A program made the translations under genes and the position numbers. A DNA stretch of 64,000 nt from Octopus sinensis (Eukaryota), in contig NC_043008.1 in assembly GCF_006345805.1 (NCBI RefSeq), forward strand, positions 62,558,001 through 62,622,000, written 5' to 3'. The notes below the pieces were generated by a model that saw nothing but the letters and a program-made list of their open reading frames with translations, did no database searches and was not told the DNA's origin. Below are positions 24,797-37,085 of this stretch, piece by piece; position 1 is the first letter of the stretch; the number at the start of each line of letters is the position of its first letter.

Positions 24797-25620
24797 GTTA
24801 GTGTCAAGAAACAGATAATTTGACACAGATGTGCACTAATTATCAGTCTCCTTCTTAAAATATTATTGAATTACCCTATAATATTATGTTATTTGTTGAC
24901 TATATATTAAAAATATTTTCTTAATAATTATTTAAAGACCTCCATTTTACTCTGCTGAATTAATTTCATGATTTTAAAAGTTACAGTTTTTTTCACTTTC
25001 ATGAAAATTTATGAATAATATTTTTCTCAAACTTTACCATACCATATAAACTCTTATAAAAGTTTTAAGAATAATGATTTCAAATTTTGCCACAAGGCCA
25101 GCAAGTTTAAGGGAAGGGTAAGTCGATTACACTGTCCCCAGTGTCAAACTGTTACTTATTTTATTGACTGCAAATGGATGAAAGACAAAGTCAATATTGG
25201 TAGAATTTGAACTCAGAACATTATGGATAAAATACTACTAAGAATTTTTCCCAGTGTGCAAATAATTTTCTCAGCTCACTGTCTTAAATGCATTAAGAAT
25301 ATTGATGATAGAAACCATAGCTATTTTATCTCTCTTTCTAGCTTCACTCTTGGAACTCACATCCATTCTTCTATAAGTTGACGCGTAATTTTTTAACTCT
25401 TCCACAGCAAATCCTGTTCTGTTCTGGTACATTTTTCCATACTTTAACATTTTATCTCTGACCAATAATCTATCTTTTTATTTATTATTTTTATTTTTAT
25501 TTGAAGAGGATTTTAGTCTTGCAAGCTGCCTTACTTTCTCTGTTGGTGCCATGACCATAGCATTTGGAACATCCAGCTGTAAATACCAAAGCAAACATTA
25601 CAGCATAAAGCAGAATCTGT

Positions 25621-25852
25621 AAGGTGGCGAGCTGGCAGAAACGTTAGCACGCCAGCCAAAATGCTTATCGGTATTTCATCTGCCGCTACGCTCTGAGTTC
25701 AAATTACGCCGAGGTCGACTTTGCCTTTCATCCTTTCGGGGTCGATTAAATAAGTACCAGTTATGCCCTGGGGTCGATATAATCGACTTAATCCCTTTGT
25801 CTGTCCTTGTTTGTCCCCTCTGTGTTTAGCCTCTTGTGGGTAGTAAAGATAT
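25621..25852 (+). mobile_element. SINE-A with AGAATCTGTA target duplication
   Basis: Near-consensus copy; AGAATCTGTA on both sides. Confidence 0.92.
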
Positions 25853-27010
25853 AAGAATCTGTACCTGTGAGATCCCATCCAATCTTCCAAACCACACCAG
25901 AATGAAAGATAGACATTACAAGATGATGATGATGAGGATGAGGATGATGACAATGGTGATGACAATGATGATGACGATAACAACAGCAGTGACAATGATG
26001 ATTAATGATGAAGATAGTATATCAATTGAAATATTATATTAAAAAAACTAAGAGCTAATAACCAAATTTATTGAAACTAATATTTTATTTACAAAATGTT
26101 CCATTATACCAGATGCAACTACAACAATAGTTAAATGAGAGAAAAAAGATGCTCTTTTTTTTTTTACTCGAGATATCACAAAAATTGAGATAGTGTTTGC
26201 AATGTTTTGTCAATGTTTGGTTAGCTGTAGAAGCATAATTAAACAAGAATTGGTAAAGATAATCAAGTTAGTATAGTATTGCAGAAGTGGATTTGTTTCA
26301 AGAAAAGAGTCACATGATTAGGACGCGAGTTGTTTTCAAGAAAATGGTGGCAAGGTGTTAAGTAACATTAGGAATCAAAATATTCAATAAGTCATAAAAA
26401 TGTTTGCTGTTCAAGATGAACATGATTTGACTCTCAAAGTAGGCAGATTATTATCTATTATTAGTTTCTTTGTTACCTTGTGTATTCTCAATTCAAGAAA
26501 ATTTTTGATTTTCGCTTATCAGCTACACTATCTCCCTTAGGTGATGCACAAGTGGAGATGTGAAGTTAAGGCTATGTTTTTTTTCTATTCTTTTGTTTTT
26601 GTTTCTTTTTTTTCTCTCTCATAAGAGCTATATAATGTAGTTGTGAAATGTAGTCGCACTACCTCAACTAACAAGCCATATACATAAATTGCCTTATTTG
26701 CTTTTTCAATAAAATGGTGATAGCATTTAAGTTATAAGAATGATATTGGGTAAGGTAGCCATCAGTTATTCTAACAATCTGTGCCTATGCATTTTTTTTT
26801 CTTGCAAAGAGAACATATATGCTTCAAATTTTGACACAAGGCCATCAATTTTCAGGGAAGTGTTAAGTCAATAACATTGCACCCAGTGGTATTTATTTTA
26901 TTGATCCCAAAAGGATGAAAGACAAAGTCAACCTTACTAGCATTTGAACTTAACATATAAAGTCAGAAGTGTTGCTAAGTACTTTTTCTGGCATACTCTC
27001 TTTCTCTTTT

Positions 27011-27422
27011 CTCTCTTTTACTTGTTTCAGTCATTTGCCTGTGGCCATGCTGAATCACCGCCTTTTAGTCGAGCAAATCGCCCCCAGGACTTATTCTTTG
27101 TAAGCCCAGTACTTATTGTATCAGTTGCTTTTGACTAAACTGCTAAGTGACGGCGACGTAAAAACACCAGCATCGGTTGTCAAGCAATGCTAGGGGGACA
27201 AACACAGACACACAAACACACACACATACACATATATATACACATATATATATATATATGACGGGCTTCTTTTAGTTTCCGTCTACCAAATCCACTCACA
27301 AGGCTTTGGTCGACCCGAGGCTATAGTAGAAGACACTTGCCCAAGATGCCACACAGTGGGACTGAACCCGGAACCATGTGGTTGGTAAGCAAGCTACTTA
27401 CCACACAGCCACTCCTGCGCCT
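27011..27422 (-). mobile_element. SINE-B
   Basis: Full-length reverse-complement match to family. Confidence 0.92.
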
Positions 27423-27661
27423 ACCAGCTCACAGTTTTTTTCCCCAAGTAGAATATTGCTAATATATCTACTATAAAATAGCTATATACTGGGTTTAGTG
27501 AAGTGGTAATTAAAAACATTTTGGTAATGAAAAATTTATATCTAAATTATTACAATTTTATTTCTAGAATGTTAGATTGCTAAGATGGCTACAAAAATTT
27601 GCTTATTTACATCCGCACTATTTTCAATAATAAGTGAAGTTTCTGATTTCTTCTGCTATAA

Positions 27662-27995
27662 AAGACCCTTTTGGTCATGAATGACCATGGGATCACACCT
27701 AAAAAGTTCCCCTCTGAGGCACAAGTCTGGACAAGGTTGTTTATTGTAGACCAGCAGTCACCCATGCATGCCAGCTTCCCCTCTTCCTGCCACTGGTATT
27801 GTCTAAGAGAAAGGTAAAGGCTGATATAGCTTGGCACCAATGACATTGCAACTCATTTCTACAGATGAGTGAACTGGAGCAATGTGAAATAAAGTGTCTT
27901 GCTCAAAAACACAACACAACACAACACACAACCTGGTCCAGGAATTGAACTCACTCCCTCATGATTGTGACCTCAACGCTCTAACCACTGAGCCA
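27662..27995 (-). mobile_element. SINE-C (tRNA head, GAGCAAGACACTTTATTTCAC CORE-like box)
   Basis: Shared with 38833-39167 and 47620-47942; minus-strand A box GGCTCAGTGGTTAGAGC. Confidence 0.85.
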
Positions 27996-28557
27996 CAGTA
28001 ACAGCAGAATAGTAATTCATGATGAACGCATGTTGCACTTAGAATTGCTAGATCGTGGGTTTGATTCCCTGGCTGGATGGCACATTGTGTTCTTGAGTAA
28101 AACACTTCATTTCACTTTGCCCTGCTAAATGCTTTACTATATATCTCCCTCCTCTCTACATTCTGAGTTCAAATCCCACCTCCCAGGAGAAGCAATGGAG
28201 AACTACTCCAGTATCCATCCTAAATCTAATCCCGGTAGCTGACATTTCATTAATCTAATTAATGGCAGCCAGTGAAGGTACAGGCCTTCCTGGGTCATAT
28301 AGGGAATACTGGGGAAGGTTCACATGCCCAGCATCTGCCCTAGGATAGAATAAATCATGGGATGCATACAGAATATCTTGTATCCAAAGCAGTCATGTAC
28401 CTGTTGTTTCCTAATATGTTCTAGCGAAATTTGAAAATAGCTGTTGTTTCATCCCTTTCAGTGATGTCTGTCTAACAATGCGCATGATTCACCAGCTCAG
28501 CAGTGGAAGGGGTCTAAACGACATAGTATTGAAAAATTTGTATCTATGAGATATTTT

Positions 28558-28910
28558 CAGGTGTCGCTGTGTAGTAAAAAGCTTGCTTCCCAACCATATG
28601 GTTCCAGATTCAGTCCCACTGCATGGCACCTTGGGCAGGTATCTTTTATTATAGACTCAGACTGACCAAATCCTGGAATGAATTAAATTCATGCTGCGAG
28701 TATGATACATATATACTCAATGTATATATATATGTTTATATATATATGTATATATATATATATATGTATGTATGTATATATGTTTGTGTCTGTGTTTGTC
28801 TCCCCACTACTGCTTGACAACCAATATTGGTGTGTTTATGTCCCCGAAACTTAGCAGTTCAGCAAATGGTACAAATAGAATAAGTACTAGAATCACAAAG
28901 TATAAGTCTT
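28558..28910 (+). mobile_element. SINE-B, diverged, 3'-truncated
   Basis: GGCACCTTGGGCAGGT box, internal TA tract, GAATAAGTACTAG. Confidence 0.8.
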
Positions 28911-29182
28911 AGGAGAGAGGGGTGAGAAAAGCAAGTGAGTACAGTTGCAGGAACCGACCATCTTGAGAAGAATTATCACACAACAGAAGTTATAAGCAAT
29001 GAAGGGCTAAGCTTAAGTGCTGGATGATGGAGAACAACAACCCTACAAAACATTTTAAGGTTTACATTGTGTCTGAACTACTGTGCAAATATTACGAAGT
29101 AATAAAGTGTCAAGGTTAATTTTCAAGGTTACCTCTCTTACCTATCCATAGTCATCGAACAGGTAACATAACATTGAACACG

Positions 29183-29395
29183 AGGTGCAGGAGTGGCTGT
29201 GTGGTAAGTAGCTTGCTTATGAACCACATAGTCCTGGGTTCAGTCCCACTGCATGCTACCTTGGGCAAGTGTCTTCTACTATAGCCTCGGGCCGACAAAA
29301 GCCTTGTGAGTGGATTTGGTAGACGAAAACTGAAAGAAGCCCGTCATATATGTATATATATATATGTATATATTATATATATATTATATATGTAT

Positions 29396-29458
<63 letters not shown>

Positions 29459-29672
29459 ATGTTTGTGTGGTGTGTGTTTGTCCCCAACATTGCTTGACAA
29501 CCGATGTTGGTATGTTTACGTCTGTGTAATTTAGCAGTTCAGCAAAAGAGACCGATAGAATAAGTACTAAGCTTACAAAGAGTAAGTCCTGGGGTCGATT
29601 TGCTCGACTAAAGGCGGTGCCCCAGCATGGCCACAGTCACATGATCGAAACAAGTAAAAGAGTAAAAGAGTA
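29183..29672 (+). mobile_element. SINE-B with expanded internal microsatellite
   Basis: Head GGAGTGGCTGTGTGGTAAGTAGC, B-box GGGTTCAGTCCC, tail GTAAAAGAGTAAAAGAGTA. Confidence 0.93.
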
Positions 29673-29835
29673 ATGACCAACTCCGAAAAACTCCTAAAAC
29701 CCCCTTACAAATGGTGTAAAAAATTAGTTCCCCAAAGGACATTTGTCCATAAAACAATGCTTCAGCAATATGCCTTCAATAAATGGTTCTGGCTATTAAA
29801 TACGTAAAAAGAATTCATATACAGGAGTTTACACA

Positions 29836-29877
<42 letters not shown>

Positions 29878-30175
29878 ACACACAGTTATATCAGTAAAAT
29901 AAAATGGATTTGAATCAATGTAAATTATATTTGTGTGGTGTATAGAGATACATGATAAATATATTAAGTGTATTATAGATTTGAGTAGTTTGAAATTCGC
30001 ATTTATGATATAAATATATAATTGCTTCATGAATATATATTAATATGACAATATAGATTATATATGTAATATTGCATTATATTATATTATATAACAAATT
30101 GTCAATTATTTTAATGAAACAGGTATAGGATGGTGTAATTGAATATTTCATAAACAATCTTTGTAGTTTTATTCT

Positions 30176-30226
30176 ATGCATATATATATATCATCATCAT
30201 CATCATCATCGTTTAGCGTCCGTTTT

Positions 30227-30294
<68 letters not shown>

Positions 30295-30382
30295 ATATAT
30301 ATGCTTATATATATATATAAATGTGTGGTTGTATGTTTGTATGCATGTATATATATATGTTTACATTTATATGTGTATATAT

Positions 30383-30417
<35 letters not shown>

Positions 30418-30614
30418 TATTAATATATATACATATATATATACACTTATATATATATGCATATATATACATGTATACATATATATATATGTATGTATAT
30501 ATGTGTGTGTATATATATATATATATATTCATACATAGATATATATGCATATTTATATATATATATATATATATATATTTATACATAGATATATATATGC
30601 ATATATATATATGC

Positions 30615-30647
<33 letters not shown>

Positions 30648-30700
30648 TTATTTATTTATTTTTATTTATTTATTTATAGTGTGTGTGTGTGTGAGTGCAA
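30176..30700. repeat. Compound (TA)n/(TG)n/(CAT)n microsatellite block
   Basis: Direct inspection. Confidence 0.95.
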
Positions 30701-31124
30701 ATCCATACATATTTATTTGTGCATGTATATGTGCATATGTACGAATACATGAGAGTGTGTCTGTCTGTCTGTCTGTATTCTTACACACACTTGCTCATGT
30801 ACACACACAAATGTGTGTCTGCATAAGATCTATTATCAATGAATGGCAGAGTTCTTGAAAAACATAGTCAACAATGTTGAAATGACAGCAATTATATATC
30901 TGTAAGCTGAGTTTCACCTGAAGCAAACACTGTATATATGTATATGTGTGTATATATATATGCGTGTGTGTGTTTGTGTGTGTCTGTGTGGGTATGTCAC
31001 AATAACATCTTTGTAGATTCTGCATTATACAAACAAATGTATGTGTGTGCTTCAATATATACATATATATGTGTGTGTCGATATGTACATACAGATATAC
31101 ATATACACACACACACATACATAT

Positions 31125-31155
<31 letters not shown>

Positions 31156-31306
31156 AATTAATAGTATCAATACTTACAATCTTGAAGACTTTGTGTCAAT
31201 ATTCTCACACAGATATCTTTCTTAATATCAACTGTAAACAATGGAATCTGATGGAGTTGATTGTTTCAAACTAGAAAACTTATGAAATGTATTTATTTTT
31301 CTCTAG

Positions 31307-31333
31307 GTAATCAAGAAACTTTCAGTACACCTG
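31307..31333 (+). CDS. Candidate 27-nt symmetric (phase 1-1) micro-exon, xNQETFSTP
   Basis: Acceptor TATTTATTTTTCTCTAG, donor CTG|GTGAGG, no stop. Confidence 0.3.
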
Positions 31334-31509
31334 GTGAGGGCATCTTTGTTTCAATTTGATCCATTAATCTGGAAGTTTATAAAATTGTCGGCAGATAATG
31401 TTATGAAAAAATTGGCACAGGAGATGGAGAAGTGTTTGTTCAAAAAGAATAGTTGATATTGGACTGGAAATATCCATGTATTGTTCTTAGTGTGATAAAG
31501 TATACAACT

Positions 31510-31925
31510 AGGCGTAGGAGTGGCTGTGTGGTAAGTAGCTTGCTGATGAACCGCATGGTTCCGGGTTCAGTCCCATTGTGTGGCACCTTGGGCAAGTGTC
31601 TTCTACTATAGCCTCGGGCTGACCAAAGCCTCGTTAGTAGATTTGGTAGACGGAAACTGAAAGAAGCTTGTCGTATATATGTATATGTATATATATGTAT
31701 GTGTATATGTTTGTGTGTCTGTGTTTGTTACCCCTCCCCCCAACGCTTGACAACCGATGCTGGTGTGTTTATGTCCCTGTAACTTAGCGGCTCGGCAAAA
31801 GAGACCGATAGAATAAGTACTAGGCTTACAAAGAATAAGTCCTGGGGTCGATTTGCTCAACTAAAGGCAGTGCTCCACCATGGCCACAGTCAAATGACTG
31901 AAACAAGTAAAAGAGTAAATGAGTA
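31510..31925 (+). mobile_element. SINE-B
   Basis: Full-length family match. Confidence 0.93.
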
Positions 31926-32018
31926 AGAGGTGAGAAATAGAATTTGGCCCCAAAAAAGTTTAGTCACACTGTATAACATGATTTTTGCCTTTGGGTAGAA
32001 AACATGGAAAATGGCTAA

Positions 32019-32331
32019 TATTTCCTCGGAATTTTTCTTTTGTTACATTTATTCAAACCCCAACGAATCTCTCTCAGCACTTGGCTATGATGCTCCTTCA
32101 CTACTTCGACTCATGATTAGAAATGCTCATATTGTTAACTACTAAGGGACAAGCTGAAGTGGTTAAGATCAAGCAAATAACAAGGAAGGCTGTGATTTTG
32201 AGCAGAATATATGTTATAACGATATACCTGCTTCAGCAACTCAGCATTGAATCTGTCTGAAATGTAATGGAAAATAGGTCAGTTTCAAAACATTAATGTC
32301 CAGGTTACAAAAGCAAAGTTTGAAGGGAATA
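32019..32331. mobile_element. Old TA-flanked MITE
   Basis: Degenerate ~28-bp TIRs (TATTTCCTCGGAATTTTTCTTTTGTTAC vs GTTACAAAAGCAAAGTTTGAAGGGAATA). Confidence 0.4.
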
Positions 32332-33036
32332 GTAGTTATTTCCTATGATTTCAAGATTGAAGCAAATATAAATAACATATACTGACAAAAGACAAGAAAA
32401 AAATTAAAGTTTTGTTATACTGTGTTATAGGCATTGGTTTCAGGAGAGGGGATAAGTTGATTGCATAAACCCAGTACTCAGCTTTTATTGACCTCAGCTG
32501 GTTTTGAACTGAGAACTTAATGACAGATGAAATGTTGCTAAATATTTTGCCTAGCATGCTAACGATTCTACCAGCTTGGTGCCTTAGGCAGAATATACAT
32601 GGTCTGATCAATGAGTATCTGGACTGTTGCCACAGTAATGAAGCTAAAGTATGCAGAGGCATAGGAGTGGCTGTGTGGTAAGTTGCTTGCTTACCAACCA
32701 CAAGGTCCGGGTTCAATCCTACTGCCCCAGACCGACCAAAGCCTTGTGAATGGATTTGGTAGACAGAAACTGAAAGTAGCTCATTGACAACCAGTTATGC
32801 ATCTCTTATATAAGCAGTTGAAGAAGGATGCACAGTTAAACATACAGATGAATAGAATTTAGGTTAGTTGAAATATGAGATGTGCCTAAAAGAAGCAACT
32901 CTGAACGAACTTAATAAAGTCATTGTTTTATATATAATTCAGTCAACGTGTTGAATGATTTGCACTAGCAGATTGCCCGATCAAGGTTAAAAAACAGAGC
33001 ATTAGTGTGAAGCAGTGTTTAAATCAGCTGCAATTA

Positions 33037-33280
33037 CCGTGAAGAAAAACATCTCTTTCATAGTAATTAGGTGTGAAAACACCTGGTTCATCCTGTGTCA
33101 CCATCTATTAGCTACGACTTTATTAAGTTCATTCAAAGTTGCTTCTCTTAGGTACATCTTACAGACAAGAGTAAAAAAAAAACTCAAAACATCGATGTCT
33201 GGGATTCCTTATAGATAGCGACACTGAATGAACCGGGTGTTTTCACACCTTTTTACTGTAACAGAGATTTTTTTCTATGG
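33037..33280. mobile_element. MITE with ~75-bp TIRs and TA TSD
   Basis: AGGTGTGAAAACACCTGGTTCATCCTGTGTCACCATCTA vs TAGATAGCGACACTGAATGAACCGGGTGTTTTCACACCT; termini TA|CCG...TGG|TA. Confidence 0.75.
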
Positions 33281-33429
33281 TAACTGTAGTGTATTTGCCT
33301 TTTAACAGTTGAAATATGTGACAAACAAATTTCAATTAACCTAAATTTTGCTCATACTTAAACACTGCTTTGCACTGATGCTTCGTTGTATACAAATGAA
33401 TGTTTTATTTAGATATCTGATATTATAAT

Positions 33430-33733
33430 TCAATGTAAAAGCGTCATCATCTTCGTTATCATTGTCATGATCATCTTCATCATCATCATTATCATCATCA
33501 GTGTTATCATCATTATCATCATCATCATCCTCATCCTCATCATCATCTTCATCATTATCGTCACCATCATCAACATCATCAACTTCACCTGCATCACCAC
33601 CAGCACCACCACTACCACCACCACCACCACCACCACCACCACCACCACCACCACCTCTACTACTCTCCCCATCTATAAAAACAACAACAGCAACCACCGT
33701 CTCCATTACCACCACCAACACTATTATCATCAA

Positions 33734-33785
<52 letters not shown>

Positions 33786-33850
33786 GTCTTCTTCCCTCCC
33801 CCTCTTCCTCCTCCGTTTCCTCATCATCAGTAGCAGCAGCAACAGCAGCA
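33430..33850. repeat. (CAT)n/(CAC)n/(CTC)n trinucleotide low-complexity block
   Basis: Direct inspection; source of the poly-D/G/M pseudo-ORFs. Confidence 0.95.
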
Positions 33851-34252
33851 TCATATCAATATTTACTTTTGACATGCTTGGTTGAGTCAGATAAATATGT
33901 CGAGGCAGATTTTCTATGGCTGGATATGTTTTCCTTGTTACCAACCCACACCTGTTTTCCCTAGCAACGTAATAATCTCTTAATCTATCAAACAACAAAC
34001 AGTGTGGCTATAAACTTATGGAATAAAAGTGGAAACAAAAGACTCTAAATGAGCCATTTATTTTCAAAGATGGTGCAACATGTAAAGATATGTCAGGAAG
34101 CTCGGACATGCTTTCACACTTGACCGCAAGCAAAGGAGAGACATCACCCTTTATTGACATTTTAGCTGTTGCTTACAGACAGTGAATTCACATGAACATT
34201 AGAGGACTATAAACTCCCTCACAGGAACATACACATGCAGACATAATATATG

Positions 34253-34290
<38 letters not shown>

Positions 34291-34425
34291 ATATATATAG
34301 TATATATATAATATATATATATATATATAGATAAATATATATATTATATATATATATTAGGAATAAATCCAAATTTACAGGGAAATCAGATTAGGATAAA
34401 TCGATTTATAGTAAAAATATAAAAT

Positions 34426-34750
34426 ATTATAGAGACAAAACCACTATTTTGCAAAACAAACAAGGAAAGACTTAATCAATACATAAAATAATAAATAGTC
34501 AAAAAACCGCCACTACAATCGTTTCTTGCTTGACGACAATCTTCAGGTGGACTTCCAATAATTCAGTGTCATATTTGACACTGAATATTGGAAGTCCACC
34601 TGAAGATGAACTCACAATAACGGCAGACGAAATAAATTATATTGTCGATCAAGACAAGAAACGATTGTATTTTTTTGCTATTATTAAAATTTTATGTATT
34701 GATTAAGTCTTCCTTGTTTGTTTTGCAAATAGTGGTTTGTCTCTAATTAT
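34426..34750. repeat. Large fold-back palindrome (Penelope-LTR-like arms) within TA tracts
   Basis: Arms match on either side of a TATT loop at 34572-34575 (..CAGTGTCA/TGACACTG..), extending to AGAGAC/GTCTCT; 33-bp insert in the right arm. Confidence 0.92.
34510..34550 (-). ncRNA. Type I hammerhead ribozyme motif
   Basis: Minus strand CCAC-CUGAAGA-UUGUCGUCAAGCAA-GAAAC-GAUU-GUA|GUGG: stem I CCAC/GUGG, stem II 4 bp, stem III AC/GU with GAUU loop, GUA cleavage triplet. Activity untested. Confidence 0.65.
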
Positions 34751-34889
34751 ATTATATATATATATATATATATATAAACACACACTCAGATATAGGCATA
34801 TACATATATACATATCTATATAAATATATATATAAAGATATAAATATTTAGATGCATATATTAGTATAGATAATACTTACTGCATTACA

Positions 34890-35340
34890 AATGAAATACC
34901 GCTAAGCATTTCACCTGGCATGCTAATGTTTCTTATTTCTTTACTACCCAGAAGGGGCTACACACAGAGGGGACAAACAAGGACAGACAAAGGGATTAAG
35001 TCGATTACATCGACCCCAGTGTGTAATGCCGGGCGAAATGCTTTGCAGTATTTCGTCTGCCGTTACGTTGTGAGTTCAAATTCCGCCGAGGTCGACTTTG
35101 CTTTTCATCCTTTTGGGGTCGATAAATTAAGCACCAGTTACGCACTGGGGTCGATGTAATCGACTTAATACCTATGTCTGTCCTTGTTTGTCCCCTCTAT
35201 GTTTAGCCCCTTGTGGGTAATAAAGAAATAGGTACTTAATTTATCGACCCCGAAAGGATGAAAGGCAAAGTCGACCTCAGCAGAATTTGAACTCAGAACA
35301 TAATGGCAGATGAAATATTGTTAAGCATTTCACCCTTAGA
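34890..35340. mobile_element. Three nested SINE-A copies (-, -, +)
   Basis: Plus copy ~35016-35230 splits a minus copy (34933-35014 and 35231-35340), which abuts another minus head (~34890-34932). Confidence 0.85.
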
Positions 35341-35470
35341 TTCACACATTTATTGCAGTGGTCCTTCAGTTTTTCTAAGCCCTGAGAAAGAACTAACTCA
35401 GAAGGGTAGATCTGCCACAAGGCCTTTTGTGATACCCTTAAAGTTAGGACCATTTCAGCACCCCCTTGTA
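35330..35470 (-). mobile_element. Mariner-derived MITE remnant
   Basis: Minus strand begins TACAAGGGGGTGCTGAAA and encodes GLEKLKDHCNKCVNL, resembling a mariner C-terminus. Confidence 0.5.
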
Positions 35471-35968
35471 GAATGCCAGCTCATGACAACATTCGGGCAA
35501 TAGGATTGAACAACTAACCTTGTAGTTCCAGAGCAAACTTATTAACCATAAAACCATTCTTGTGCCTATATTTAAGGAAAAATAATTAAGTTTGCAAAAT
35601 TTAGAAATAATACTAAAACGTGAAATTATTATTACATATACAAAAAAGAAATGAAGGGAATTTAAGAATATTTTTTACAGAAATAAAAGCTGTATTTGAA
35701 AAGAAAATTGATGGAAAAAAACGAAATGAAAGTATGTGGTTTTGTATGTCCATCGGCATTCTCCAATAAACTGGGCACATCTGTTTCACCATAATCAAGG
35801 CATTTCATTCTAGTTTGAAGGATGCTAATATACTGTTACTATTTTACAGCTTTTACTTGTCATATCGTAGCTAGTATTTGATATTTTTTATGTATATGTT
35901 TAATATAGTGTTATAGAAATAATTACTCGGAGAGATTGGCACTCACTGATTGGTTAAATAAATCCATA

Positions 35969-36390
35969 AAATGATTATCATCATCATCATCATTGTTATC
36001 ATCGTCATCGTTTTCGTCATCATCATCATCATCATCATCATTGTCATTGTTGTCATCCGATGCTTTCTCCTTCTCCTTATCACCCTCACCATAATGATTA
36101 TAGCCCTTGTCATGATCACCCCCCCCCCACCGTTACCATTCACCTCCTCCTCCTCCTCCTCATCATCATCATCATCATTATCATTTTTGTCGTCGTCATC
36201 AGTTTCATTAGTGTTGTCATCTTCATCCTCAACATCCTTGATACTGTTGTCATCTTTTTTCTGACTCCCCCTATTCCTCCTCCTTGTCATCACTGTCATT
36301 ATTGAAATTGATGCCATCTTTACCACCAACAGTGAGAGCAATATTAGTGGTGGCTTTATCATCATCATACACATCATCAACATCATATTC
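35969..36390. repeat. (CAT)n-rich low-complexity block with unique core
   Basis: Direct inspection; first ~234 bp duplicated at 37549-37761. Confidence 0.9.
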
Positions 36391-36745
36391 ATCACTGTGT
36401 GATATTGGGAAGTTTCAGGATTTTGAAGCAGCCAGATATAATGAAAGAAACATGATTGAATCGCATATGTATCTTACACAAATAAACACCTAGATTATTT
36501 GACAAAACAGTGGAGATGTTTATTAGATATATTTATTTGATCAAATATTACGATGTTGAACGTGTTAGTGATTACTCTCTGATGTTTCTTGGTTCAAAAT
36601 TTGGCTTTTTTTTTTATGTTTGGTAGGTCGAGAAGTGCTTCCTATGTCAATGTCAATATTCAAAGAGATTCCAGCAAGAACAGGGGTGAAAAAAAACTGA
36701 CTAGAAGACAGTGAAATGTAGAAATGGAAGTATAATAACCATAAT

Positions 36746-37085
36746 CTCTTACTCTTTTACTTTTTTACTTGTTTCAGTCATTTGACTGTGGCCATGCTGG
36801 AGCACCGCCTTTAGTCGAGCAAATCGACCCCAGGACTTATTATTTGTAAGCTTAGTACTTATTCTATCAGTCTCTTTTGCTGAACCGCTAAGTTACTGGG
36901 ACGTAAGCACACCAGCATTGGTTGTCAAGCGATGTTGGGGCAACAAACACACACACACAAACATATACACACACATACATATATAGATATGCATATATAT
37001 GACGGGCTTCTTTCAGTTTCCGTTTACCAAATCCACTCACAAGGCTTTGGTCAACCCAAGGCTATAGTAGAAGACACTTGTCCAA
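36746..37085 (-). mobile_element. SINE-B, head-truncated
   Basis: Tail and body match; ends at GAAGACACTTGTCCAA. Confidence 0.9.
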
